A stretch of 63,466 bases of DNA, counting the filler, from Welwitschia mirabilis (Eukaryota), in NCBI GenBank assembly GCA_051453625.1. It is 4 parts of one record of this genome, joined end to end, with 100 filler letters (N's around TTAATTAATTAA, not from the genome) between each part and the next. Parts side by side here need not be neighbours in the genome. Positions count along the whole stretch, not along the records: positions 1 to 30,442 come from JBOZIK010000001.1; positions 30,543 to 54,586 come from JBOZIK010000001.1; 2 more parts are not named here. One strand, given 5' to 3'. The number at the start of each line of letters is the position of its first letter. Position 1 is the first letter of the stretch. Position numbers and translations under genes: made by a program. Below, one piece after another: positions 26,582 to 39,975 of this stretch. The notes below the pieces were generated by a model that saw nothing but the letters and a program-made list of their open reading frames with translations, was not told the DNA's origin and ran no database searches.

Positions 26582-28559
26582 TGTTGCAAACCAAATTGTA
26601 TGTTTTTGATGGGGTATTTTGAGTAGTTTTACAAGACATTTAGACATGTTTAAGCATAAAATGATGACTNNNNNNNNNNNNNNNNNNNNNNNNNNNNNNN
26701 NNNNNNNNNNNNNNNNNNNNNNNNNATTTTGGATTATTTATAATAATTTACATTCTAAGGAGAAATTAATGATCTAAAAGGCCAATTTATCTTGATAAAA
26801 GAGCTTTAAAAAAACTATCATCCCCTTAATTATCTATATGATAGTATGGAAAATGTCATGTGTATGCTGATAAGGATGCTAACTGAACCAAATATGAAAG
26901 ATGATATGGACCTTTCTTAATGTATCATCATCCTCACCATCATCTAGATGATAGTTAGGATAATACCTAATTTTATTCAATGCACCAAACTTTTGGAATG
27001 TGTTATGTATCTCCTATATGTCATTAGGATTTTTGTTACATCTATTAAATTTGTTGTTTATAGAGTGTTTTGTTATAATATATATCACTTTCACCCTGAC
27101 TTTGAGTTTATCTTTTTTGGAATCTAAAAATCTTATGATAGGAGATCAAAGAGTAAGAGATCTATTTGTTATTACAAATAGGTATCTTTCTTGGTATTTG
27201 GCTATGTCTCCTTTATTGAGGTACTACTACTTTGTAATAGGATGTTGGTTCAAATTTAATAAAAAGTTTTTTTCATATGCATCTTCCTTATGATTTATGT
27301 TGGTTATGATTTCGTGATAGCTTTATAATTAATATAGACCATTAAGGGTAACCTTTATCAAGGTTGCAATAATTATTTTAGATTTTGCATTGCATTATAT
27401 TTTACATTTCATATTTTAATCATTTCATATTTTCTATATTCTATTCAACATTCTTAATAGCTTAGGTTGGTTAGGTTTAGTGATAGTTTCTTTGATTGAT
27501 CTAGGTTATGCAAGGTTAGTCTTTATGATATGAAGATTTGGTAGTTGAATAGATATTGCATTTAGAGTATGCTTAATTTGCATTACATTAGTATATTTAT
27601 CTTGCATTATTTTCTTACATCATTCTTTTCATTTAAACCTAAAAAGAAAAATACAAAAATACTTTACTAAAAATCAATTCTCTAACTTTGATCCTAGTTC
27701 CTTTTATGGATTATGTCCTTTAGGTTTACTCTTATTTATACTAGTATGTGTGTAGTACAAATATTTTTTATTATTATGATTTGATAAAGGATGTAATAAT
27801 TGCATAAATATGCATTACAACATTTTAGCATCATTATTGAGAAAGGCTACAAGGAGTTCAAGGATTATCATTACAGAAATAAGTGCCTTAGATTTTGATT
27901 CAAGTTATTTATTTGTAGTATCATTGCATTTTTATTGTATTTACCATTTTTTTAATAGTATTTTAATTTCATTCCTCAACAAAGTATCTATCTTCTTATT
28001 TGTTGTCTCGATGATAGAGGCAAATGATGGCCTAGATTTAGGATTTCTTGTGATTTTTTTGCAGTGTTTTGTTTTTGGTTTTTCACCATCTAATAAGTTA
28101 ATATAATCTCCTCTATCATCAAAATTATAGAGGTAGAGGACTCTTAGTTCTGTGTTTCTATTTTTTCTTTGGTTTTTATTTTTTTTGCTCTATTTTATAT
28201 GAATGTGTCATCTAGTTCATCATCCATATGAGAAAAGAGATGATAGTTACATAAGCATCTTTCTAAGCATGAAGGAATATGGTACATTTAGGTAAAAATA
28301 GAAATATCAAAGAGAGTGAAGCTCGATTAAGGAAAATATCAGAGAAAGCTTGGTCAACTTCAAGATTAATCTAGGTACACACACCTCAGGTACGTAAAGA
28401 ATTTCAAGAATTGAATGAAAAGATTTTTTAGCTTTCATTATTTTAGAATCTTATTTTTTAAAATAAAGCAATAGCATAGAAGCAAATCATTTTTCTTCAT
28501 CTATATTAAGTACAATGTAAAATAAAAAATAAGTAGCATTGTCTTACACTCCAATCATG

Positions 28560-30442
28560 ATAATAAATTCTAATGTGAATTCAAATGCAAACACAAATGT
28601 TACACTAAAAGATCTGATAGCCAATAGAAAATTTAAAATCTAAAGCCCTTTTAACTTGGCTCTTAGTGATGATGTAGAACTAAGAAACTTAAATTCTTAT
28701 TCAAAATTTTTAGAATAATTTAATGAAGATTATTTTTAATGTCTTGTTAATATAGAACAACTTATGCTTACTTCAGAAAATGGGAAAAATAAATCAGTGA
28801 TAGAACTTACATGATCATCTTTTGTATCACACTTAGAGAAAGGGCAAAACCTTGTCTTAAAACTAATCCTCATAAAAGTCTTAAAACTTGGAGTTAAGTA
28901 GAAGAAGCCTTTATCAAAAGATTCATGACTAAGAGTACAATGAGAAAAAGAAGAAAAGAACTCACAACTTTTAACAATAACCTAATCAGAATTATGCGAC
29001 AACATATGAATGATTTATTATAGCTACTCATTCCAATCCTATTGATTAATTTCTTAAATCACAATTAATATATTATTTTTACAGTGGATTAAATATTGAA
29101 ATCAAATAACTTGAAAATTTTTCTTATGATGGAAATTTGATGAAATTAAATTTAGATAATGCATGGAAGATCTAGTTGAAATAAGTTAAACTTGGCCTAA
29201 ACTAACTTTTAAATATAATTAAACTATAGGTGCAATTACAAAGAACTTAATATAAGTAAAATAAAATAAGAAGGAAGAACAAAATAATTCAACAAATGTA
29301 ATTAAGGATTTTACTACTTTTTTATAAAAATACACTCAAATGATTTTATATGTAAAAGTAGTAATGAAAAAGAATGTAACATCAAAATGTAATATATGTG
29401 GAGATAATTCTCATCCACAAAAGAATATCCCTTGTTACCAATATGTAAAAAGAAACTATTTGAAGAAGTATATGCATTTAACCAAAGGCCTCTAAAATTT
29501 CAAACCCAAATGTAATATCAACAAGGAATGACTGGGCAATCAAATTGAAAACCATTGGAGAATAGATTTAAGAACTTAAAATTTTAATCAAATAATTTAA
29601 ACTTCTAATTAAATAACTTTCAACCAAGCTCCTTAGATTTTTAAAATCAAGGTGATCTAATTGTAAACACAATTAAAGAGTTGAGAAAAGTGCAAAAAAT
29701 AATGAATACAACTATTAAAAACCAAATTAAAAATATTAAAAATTAAATTAACGTATTTTAACAAACAATGTTAGCCAATCAAAGACCACAAGAGTGTCTT
29801 GAAACTCAACCTTTATCAAACCTAAATAAAATAAAAAGAGACTGAAAAGTAGTAACTAAAAGTGAAATTAATATAATACCACCTATCCATAAGACTTTAA
29901 CTTTCACAAATTATGAGGAAGGTAAGGAAGAAGATGATATAAAAATCTTAGAAACATATAATTTCCCTTCAAATTTAGATGATTCTTTACAAAAAAAAAA
30001 AAAAGAAAGAAAAAGATAGGATACCCCTTGGCTTGATAGACTAAACATAAATTCTATTTTTGATAAACATTTAGAAGCCTTAATGCAAGATGTTAGTACC
30101 AAATTACTCTTTTGGAAACTCTTGTAAGAAAATCCTAAGTATCCTAAGTTATGAAAAGACCTAATTAGGAGAAAATAAAAATGTACTATTCCTAGTAGAT
30201 TCTTTCTTGCATAATTTATTTCCAACTTAATCATAAAAAAGGCTCGATTTAAAGACCTTAGGGTAGAAATTGTAAGTATTACCTTAAAATAAAATAATAA
30301 AATCAAAAAAAGATTTAATAGATAAAGGAGCAAGTGTAAACATCACTTCTTTTCATATATATAAAAAATTTGAGTTAGAAGAAAGAATTTAACCTACACA
30401 AATCACTTTAGAATTAGCTGATATTTAATCAAGAAATCTATA
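28560..30442 (+). pseudogene. Athila gag-aspartic protease remnant (element B)
   Basis: ENPKYPKL*KDLI, LIDKGASVNI (D at 30321) and PTQITLELAD; ends at gap. Start approximate. Confidence 0.8.
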
Positions 30443-30542
30443 NNNNNNNNNNNNNNNNNNNNNNNNNNNNNNNNNNNNNNNNNNNNTTAATTAATTAANN
30501 NNNNNNNNNNNNNNNNNNNNNNNNNNNNNNNNNNNNNNNNNN
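30443..30542. other. Assembly linker N44-TTAATTAATTAA-N44 (artificial contig join)
   Basis: Identical 100-bp design at 54587-54686 and 60554-60653; the 12-mer gives stops in all six frames. Confidence 0.95.
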
Positions 30543-31425
30543 AACTCAAAATACCCTATCAAATACACTTAAGTTGGCGTCGCAACATAGCCTCCCACTT
30601 AGCCTTGTCAGTCCCTGACAAAACCAGGTGGTAAACCGTGTTTGCAAGCCAACTTTTCAAACAGTAAAAACTAAGATAGGTAAAGGAAACTATCTGATAA
30701 AAGTGTATCAGGAATGAATCTAAATCTAAATTTCTAAAAAATTAAAAACTGAATAAAATACCTATAAAGTATCAGATGTGTGTCTGTCGTCCGATCTATC
30801 GTCTGGACGATACTAGGGACGAGAGGATCCTTAAATAATTTTCAAATTCTAGAACTTGTAACAGAAAATAGATTTTTGCATTAGTTATAGAATTCAGAAA
30901 AACAATTGCTCCTATGATAGATAGTTAAGTATAATCATGTAAAAGTTAAGGAGAGTTTGCAATAATGATTCATTAGGATCAAAAAAATTGAATTAGAATT
31001 ATGTAATATTGAAGTTATAGATGCATCCTGCCCCCCACTTAAAGAGTGCAATGCGTCCCGAATTGCCTAAACTAACGAAAAGTAAAATAACTTAAAGGAA
31101 AAAAACTACAAAATGACTAAACTAGAAAAGAAGAAAAGGGGAAAAATGACTAGAAAATGATAGACATGAAAACAGAAGAAAATCAGAGGAGAAATAAACA
31201 CAAGGAACATGGAGAAGACTGTTTTACCTAGTTTAAGTACTAACTTAGCAGATTCCAAAGGAAAACATAATAACATTACCTAAGTAAAGATGCATGACAA
31301 GATGTATTAACTCGATAAAGTTCATTCAAAAGGGTAGTGGTAATGGTAATATCCAAGGTTTCAAGTGTGTAAAACAATGAAGGTCAAATCAAAAGATACT
31401 TAGAAATGGACTCATCTATTTCTAC
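30543..31425 (-). mobile_element. Younger B-family fragment: 3' non-coding region, PPT and start of 3' LTR
   Basis: 30543-30587 is nearly identical to 38822-38866; reverse PPT TAGCCTCCCACTTAGCC at 30588-30604; CpGs retained; bounded by gaps. Confidence 0.85.
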
Positions 31426-31525
31426 NNNNNNNNNNNNNNNNNNNNNNNNNNNNNNNNNNNNNNNNNNNNNNNNNNNNNNNNNNNNNNNNNNNNNNNNNNN
31501 NNNNNNNNNNNNNNNNNNNNNNNNN

Positions 31526-34500
31526 AAGGTAAACCACTAATAAAAGAAAATGCAACATCATGATTATGGCTATTACTTTATGGTACACTACTAAAATAAA
31601 ATATTAAAATAAGCCAACATAACGCATCCTAATAATTATAGCCATTACAAGAATCTTTCATATGTATTAAAATCAGAAAATATACTAATCATTGTACATT
31701 AAATGTAGCACTTATAAAAGAAAATAAAATAATATTAATATAATCACTAATTTAGCCACTATAAGATTATCATTAAATAAATGAAAAATAGCATAAAAAT
31801 AATATTATTACTTATGATATTCACATGATAAGAAAATAATAGTTACAACATATCTAGTTTTCACAAAGTAAAGAATTACATCTAAAATAATAATAATATG
31901 CTAATGAATTAAAAAATAAGTTAGTAATTAAATTAGCTTATTAAATCCTACTAAGTAAAAATTATGTTTATTTAGTTTTTATTTAACTATTTGGGATAAA
32001 TATTTATACCTTAAACAAATTTAGACATGATAGATTACATTTCCATGACCTAAGCCTTCATACTTGATAATTTGAAGTTTATCTTAGGATAAGTGAAGCA
32101 TATGTTTGAGTGAGAACTTACTGAATGATAAATTGGATGGTATATTAGAGCTTTCTTACTTACGTTTTTTCCTATAAAGTTTTAAACAAAATTATATATT
32201 CTCCTCTTTTTAATTTTTTTATTTATTATAACTTGCATTAAGTAAGAGCTAGTGTAAAATTTTGAAAACCTACCCTAGTTATCCATGTGGAAAGAACCAC
32301 ACTGAATGTAAACTTAGTTAAATCTGGTTCATTGTAAAACATGAACGGTTATAGGAATTATATTATTGTCATGATTACATTTAATTGATAATCTCACAAA
32401 CCTTAAGGACAAAGTTCATTTTGGTTAGGAAGTGGTAATTGCACTTAGAATTTATTGTTAATTCCTTATTATTTTATATGAAGTGTAATTAAGGTTGAAA
32501 ATTAGCCAAGATTTTTCATGTTTGTATCATCTAACATACAAGTTTTCCATGATTAATTATCTTTATCACAGTTTTTCCTAAGGATCTAGAAAAAGGTTAG
32601 TTGGGGGCTGTGTTTAACATGCATAAATTTACATTTATTTTAAGTAATTTAAGCTAATTTGGTATAGTTAGGTTATTAATTAAGTTATTTTAATCATGTT
32701 ATCTTAGATTATTCTCATTTTAGCATAAAACCTAATTATATGTTTCTACCATGTGATTTTTTTAGGTTTTTAGCTACATTTTGGATCTCTTACCAAAAGA
32801 TTAAGCTAAACAGGGCTCAAAAAGTGAAGGACACAAATTACTTGGAATGGTAACATAGGTGTTTTGTAGAGATTATTATTAGTGCTTATGTTCCTACATC
32901 AATTCTATATTTGACTTCATTATAGCAATTTCTAATCTCAATTGATGTACCAAAATTGATTATTATATTAGAACTTATGAAAACCCTAATCCTAACCCTA
33001 ATTTCTCAACCTATAAAGAGGGCTTAAAGAATTATTTTGGGAATATTTAATTATATGATTGATTGAGTAATGGATGAAGAGTTAAAGCATCTATTTTATA
33101 TTATAATATTCTATTATGTATTCATTTTAATTCCCCTCCTTTAGGGGATGGGTTATCCCTTAGGGCTAGCATGAGATCTCAAGATTTGGATTGAATCATC
33201 CTTTTATGATGTAATTTTTCCTTTCATTATGTAATACAAACTATTTTATTTGGTTGAATTTTCTAATTTCAGGTTGTAAAGGTTTTTTAATACTTGTAAT
33301 TCTTAATTTAAATCAAGACATGTTGATTTCACATGATTCTTGAGTGATACTTGATGCTTTTCTCTTAGTTTCATAATTATCTTTTATTTGATGATCCTTG
33401 TAAATAGGTTTCTTAATTTGCATGCTTTTAAATTAGGTATAAGACTTAAGATGACTGGGGGCTATTAGAATCACTAATATGATGAATGAGATTATGTCAC
33501 CCTCCTTAAGCTTCAATAAAGACTTGACATGAGTTTTGAGTTCTTTATGAAGAAATTGATATATCATGGAATAGATTCTCAAGCATTAGGAAGATGCTCA
33601 TGCTAAATGATTAGAAATATGATCCATGTTTAAGCTTAATTTTATAATTAAGAACAATTTCTTTTTGTGTTTAGAATCTTTGAGTCTTACATTAGAATCA
33701 TGATTTATGTTTACTTTACTATGTGTTTATTACATCTATTCTTAGATGAAAACTAGGACTATATTGCAAACAAAATTTCTAGTATTATTTAATAAAATTT
33801 AAATTTGGTCATGCAATATATATCCTTCAGATAATCTTTCATTATCGTGCATTAACAAGAGATACAAGTGTAGCCAAATTTTACACAAATGGCTTTTAAA
33901 GACTAGTGTCACTGTCCTAAGTAACATGCAAAAATTAATTAAGTGAATTAGGCTAATCTAGCATATTCAACTTAGTAATTTAACTATTTTGATCATATTA
34001 ACTTTATTTATGCTATTTTGGTTATGAAAAACTAATTTTATGCTTTGACTATTAACCTTTTCATATTTATCATGGGAAAAGGAAGAATATGCTAAAAACT
34101 AAGGAGAAAATGCAAAAAAAAGAAAAAAAAAGCTAGTAATGATACTAGCATTAACAGTGATAGTAGTCATTTTAGAAATTTGGTATTATACCTTATGATT
34201 CTAGACAAGCGATAGATGTTAATTTGATTGGCCCTATTGGTGATCTAATTTAAAGAGAATGATTTTTATGCAATTTTTGAAATTCTAATTCTAACCCTAA
34301 TTTCCAATCTATAAGAGTCCACTTTGGCCTTAATTTTAGCATTATTAATAATGAATAGCTAAAAATTATTAAATAAATTTAGAATTACATTCTATACTTT
34401 ACTCTAAGGCTAAGACATACTATTTTCACCTCTAGAGGAGTTTTTTCTGTGACTTCCTTCTAGATGATTTCTTTAGAGATAGACTAGTTATTAAGCTAGC

Positions 34501-37500
34501 ATGGCATTGCAATTACTAGCTTAAGTTTGTTATCTTTTATGTAGTTCTTACCCTATTTCAATTTGATAAAATAATACTATTTATTTAGTTTACTCTCTTG
34601 ATTTTAAGTGTGACTAATTTGACATGCTTCTAATTCTTTACATAAGTTAAGGGAATAATAATTGATTCTTTGGTGTAATATTTTTCATGATAAGTATGAA
34701 TGGCCTTACATAATTATTATGCTTTAGTTTATACTAAAGTATGTGAAGCTTTTTGGATTTCTACTTAGTGATCTATATATGTTTTCATCTTATTCTATGT
34801 CTTTTACTACTATTTGATGATCATCGGGGATTTTACCTACTTATTATGCTTATACAAATATACTATAAGAGCTAGGATGATTTGGAGTCTTCACTGACAC
34901 TTATATGTAAATAAGATGACATAAACATGCTTTATCCTTAACAAATCTTGACATTTTTAGTTTAATAATAGAGAAAGTCTACTTATATTATAGAAAATTA
35001 TTTCATTATTGTTACATTCATGTTAGATTTTGAGAGCTATGCTTCATTTCTACTTTTAGTCTCTAATGTATAACTCATTTCTTTTTATTTTCATTTTCTA
35101 CATTTCTAAATTCGTATTCTTCAGTTATCATTCTATGTTTACTTTACTAGTGTTTATCACATTTATCCATTAGGAAGAATGACATTAGGACTATATAACC
35201 TATGAAATTCCTACTTTTTATTTGGTAAAATTTGGGTTTGGCCTCATACATTAATACAAGATATAAGCATAGGAAAATTTTACAACAAACAACTTTTTCA
35301 TACTCTTGCTAGGGATAATTACATGGTATCTATGATGGATTATGCATAGACATTTCTATTTTTGATATTTTTCTTTTCTGCTTTTTTATTTTCCTTTTAT
35401 ATTAATCTATTTTTAGTGCTTTTTTAATTTTTCTTTTTATAGTAAATAGTATTGATCCTATTTTAGTAGAACTTGAACTATTTCTTTTTCCTTTTTTACT
35501 TTTTATACAATCCTCCTATATTTTTATTCTTCTTTTTATTTTATAGCATTTATTTATTTTCTCTACTAAATTTTCTTTTTAGCTATCTTTTAGATTAAAA
35601 TACTATATCAAAAAGTTTGTGTAGAGCTAGAAATTTTTGCAAATTTTTTAAAGAGAAGATATTTTTGTTAATTTTTCTTCTTTTTTTTGCCTTTTTCTTC
35701 TTTTCTACATTTCACAAGTTCTAAAGAAGCCAAGGGAAAAATTCCAAAAATATTTATTTTCCAGGACTTTTGTTTTTTATTCTAGTATTTTACTTTGCTA
35801 CATTACATGTACTTTTCTTCATTGCATTTTCCATTCCTACATTATTATTTTTTCATTTGTAGAAGCTTCAATTTTTATTTATCATTTCTTACATTTCATT
35901 ACATTAGGTTTTTCATTTTTTAATTCCATACATTATTAATCATACCATTTTCCAGCTTCCACCCATAATCTTATGCTTTCATCATTTTTAAGTATAGTTT
36001 ATGAGATTTTTCCTAATATCATTTTCCTCACTTAACCAACACCATTACCTCTTCTCATTGATGTTGTTGTCTTTCTTATATTATTAGTTTCAAATTTTAG
36101 CAACATTCTTCTTAGACATCATTGAGCTAGTTTTCTAACTTGATAACCTTAAAACCTAGAAAGATTACATGTAATGATAATGAAATTTTAAGAGTCAACT
36201 TCATTGAATCCTATTTAAACCTGACATGAATCCTCATATTAATCATGAAAATAGACCTTTTCCTAGGATCCATGCATGTGAAAGATTTCAAGAACATCCA
36301 TAAAACGTGAATCATAATCCTTATTCCTTCTTTTAAAATAAGGAATTTCATTTCTAATCAAACTTTCAATTAAAATATTCTTATAAATTTTCTTTTAATA
36401 AATAACCTAGCTAACTATAATGGACTACCTATAACATTAATACTTAAATACTAATTTATACATTGCTTAATGTTCTAGTGCACATAGGTTAGACTTTAAA
36501 CCAACTTCCATTCAATCTGTATCACACATTTACCATTTAGAGTTTGAGGGTCCTTACTTCCATCATGAGAATTTTTAATTCAGATCTTTAACCATCCCTT
36601 ATAACCTTTATTCCTTATCATCTCATCAATCCTCTTTACTTTCTAAATGTTATCCCTCATTTTATCATGAGTATCCTTCATATCCTTCATTTTGTTATCA
36701 TTATCTTTGTTATTCTAATGATCTTTATCTTATTTTAAATTTCTTGGAAGATATACTTTATAGATTTTTGAAAACTACTACTCAAATTGTTACTACACCT
36801 AATTAGCATAAAGAGGAAAAATTTCCTATAGTACTTAGTACTAATCCTAAAGGACTCAAAATAGTTAAAAGTTTTGATAATAATAAAACTCATGATATCC
36901 AATTTATACCCTTTAGAAGTGAAAAAGAAACTAACAAGGACCTAGGCAAGAGTAACCACATAAAAAGATAAAACATAAAATGTTTTGTAAGAGAAATAAG
37001 TTGAAAAATAATTCATACAAGTTCCATCATATAAGAAACCCTTATCTTCTTCTTAACATTTCCATGAGTAAAACATTTTTATCCTGTGTTTATATATTGA
37101 TAAAGATTCAAGCCTTAACATAGAAGATAAAATTTCCTTTAAGTTAAAATAATTTTCTAATTATGTTATACATACTTCTTTTGATAAAAACTCATTTTAT
37201 CTTATGGATAATAGCTCATCTTTATTTTCATCTTAGAATGATGTCTTATAAGATTTTTTGAGAAATCATAAGCAAGCTATAGGTTGGAATCTTTTGAACC
37301 TTGAATGCATAGATTTCACTAGGTGCATGATTTTTGTTATTTTTGACTTCATAGAATCATGTAAAAAAATACATGGGTAGCCTTCTATCATATGATACTT
37401 CATCTGACCTTACTGCTCAAATTATTAAGCCTTAAAGCCTTCATTGTCTTGAGCCTCTTTTCATGCATTGCATTAAAAAATCCTACAATGAGGAAATTTT

Positions 37501-37650
37501 AGTTCCATTACAGAGTTCTAGATTAAATTTATTCCTTGGTATATTAGATGTAGGATGGATATATCTAAATACATAAAAACTAGTGTCTCTTAATAGTGTT
37601 TCTCTTATGGAACCATAAAAACATTATCAACTATACAATTATTACCTTGA
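31526..37650 (+). mobile_element. Athila-type segment: 3' region, PPT, two adjacent related LTRs (~32611-33887, ~33921-35291), decayed PBS and gag-like remnant
   Basis: PPT AGGTTAGTTGGGGGCTG before 32611. Both LTRs share CTAACCCTAATTTC...CTATAA and TATGTTTACTTTACTA. CTTGCTAGGGAT near 35305 is PBS-like. TNPKG...LRSEKE near 36840-36930. Confidence 0.6.
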
Positions 37651-37658
37651 TCACTATC

Positions 37659-38866
37659 TGTTGCGGTGTGTATTTGTGCAATGTTTCATGTTTTGATTCC
37701 AATTCTATTAATTATAATTAAGATGCAAAATACAACACGCTAGTATAGACAAAGTGATTCGAATGTCGTAATTCCATCGAAGGCCAATGGTATGAATAAT
37801 AAAGAGTTGATTTCAAAATGAAATGAGTAACCTTAATCTATTGAATTAAATTGTGATGCATGGAATTTAAACGATGCTGATGCAAACTAATCTAGGAAAA
37901 TAAACAACAATGCACCTAATCTAATTAAGCTCAATCTTAACAAAGGCTACGCTCATAATCTATATAATTAAAGAAACTTGTCACGAATCTAAAACAACAT
38001 AAACTATGAGGGATAAGTTCTTGCAATTGTTAAAAAGAGTAATTCATATTAAAGATAAAAGATCATCTGTATCTCAAAGTAGCCATTCCTCAATGAAGGA
38101 TATGCCATCCAATACCAAGGTAACATCTCTCTGGATTACAAGATGGTTCTCTGGTCCCAAGATCTCCTGTCACGAGAATGTCAGGTACTATCGAAGATGA
38201 TTAGGGATCAAGGGGGAGACTTTATTTATAGGCAGAAAGGGAAAAGGGACTAACAGAAAAGCATAACATAAACTCTAACTATCAAGAAAGGGAAAGTCGC
38301 AAATAACAAGTGACAACTCGAGAATACAATCTGTAAAAGTATAAGAGAGTAGTGTCATCCAGGTGGTCGTCCGAATGATGGAGGAGACGATAAGGATTTA
38401 CAATGAGATATTTTAGTTTGCTTCCAGTTTATCTATCTATGATCTTCATGCAAACTATTGTTGACTGAAATTGGAGATGTCATCTACTAGTGTCGTCTAG
38501 ACGATGAGGTTGACGATGGAGTTTGATGAAAAGATGTTCACTTCAACTGCAAGCTATCTGAAATTAAGTATATCTTCTGTTGAACTAAGGCTGTCGTCCT
38601 GACTGTTGTTTGGATGACATAGAGGACGGTAGTCTTCTACTCATCCTTTATCAATCTGATATCTGGTTGTTTGCAGGGATAATCATCTGAAAATACAATT
38701 TATCCATATTTATAGGAAATATTCGTGAATTATCTAATAAACTGCATGTTTTCGTCTTGTGCTCCTAGATTCTCAATTGTCATAGAAACTGGGCATTTAT
38801 TTGTTAGTTTATCTACAAAACAACTCAAAATACCCTATCAAATACACTTAAGTTAGCATCGCAACA
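37659..38866 (-). mobile_element. Solo LTR of the B family, younger copy
   Basis: Terminal inverted repeat TGTTGCG...CGCAACA; 1208 bp; reverse complement aligns to the start of the B LTRs; no adjacent PBS or PPT. Flanks CTATC / TCTATT match only with a 1-nt offset. Confidence 0.88.
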
Positions 38867-39855
38867 TCTATTAATAAGAAAGAAGTCTAATATGTAAACT
38901 TAATTAAGAAATTTTATTGGAGTCATCATCATCCAATTTAGTTGTCTAGAGGACACTCTCAAACGACAACTAGAAAAGCAAAATTTAATTGAGAAATAAA
39001 AAGAACAATGAAAAAAGGAAATATATAGTTACTGATAATAAAATTATAAAAAGTATTAAATATAATAAGAACAAAGACAATAATGAGAAGATGAGGAATA
39101 ATTAATAACCTTTATAATTTCAACCAAACCTAATGAAAAATAGATCTATCTTTTCTAATACAACAATCTAACTAAAAGAGTCTACCTATGTTTCTTCATC
39201 CTATTCTCTTAAAAACACTCAAAGTAACAACTTTTTTTCTTCTACCAAATCCAATTTAGCTAATAACTCTAATGATAATTCTTTTCAAAAGTACAATTTG
39301 GGATATCTTGTACTTCTAAAATTTAGAAACTCTTATCTTCTTGATAATTCATATTTAGAGCTAAGACTTAGGAAACTTCTTAAGTATATTAAGCCAACAT
39401 TCATAATTCATCATAAGAAACTTTCACTAATTTTTTTAATTCCTAAGAGTACCATTAATCTTTTTCATCCTCACTATTAGTATTTAGATGAAATCTATAT
39501 TTGGAATTCTTCATACCATGCATTTGATAAGAGATTATTCTTTTATTAACTATATGAACTCTTTATCTTTCATATTGCAAATAAATTTATAAAGTTAAAA
39601 TGTTTCCTTATCATGCATATGTACCCCTTATGTTTTATCAATTGGTCTCTATTTGATTTGATCCCTTATTTTTCCAAGAAAGTACATTACCTTAGGATCA
39701 TATCCTTAGAAAAATAAACATTTCCTTTTCTTTCTTTTAAATAAAGTGTTGAACAGGATTTAGAATCTAACTAAAACTATTTGTAGTTTTCCTTGATATT
39801 TTATTTTATTTTTATATTATTATCTTTTAATATTTGATTTTTATTTTTACATAGT

Positions 39856-39975
39856 AAGTTAACCTCTAGATGGTTAGGTTCTTATCCTTTAAAAAAAGTA
39901 CATTTTAATGGCTTAGTTAAGATTTTTGAATTAAACACTAGGGAAATTTAAAAAAATGAACAAAGGTTAAAAATC
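39856..39975 (+). pseudogene. Isolated Athila integrase C-terminal remnant
   Basis: KLTSRWLGSYPLKKVHFNGLVKI...NEQRLK, matching the KLKSRWSGPF...VNGQRLK pattern. Confidence 0.7.

Noticed and set aside
30487-30498. Palindromic TTAATTAATTAA islands (also 54631-54642 and 60598-60609)
   Set aside because: Each is centred in exactly 44+44 Ns; an artificial six-frame-stop linker, not biology.
32981-33001. AAACCCTAA-like motifs (also ~34290 and ~55650-55720) as interstitial telomere
   Set aside because: Only 1-3 imperfect units inside LTR or leader sequence; common telo-box-like motifs.
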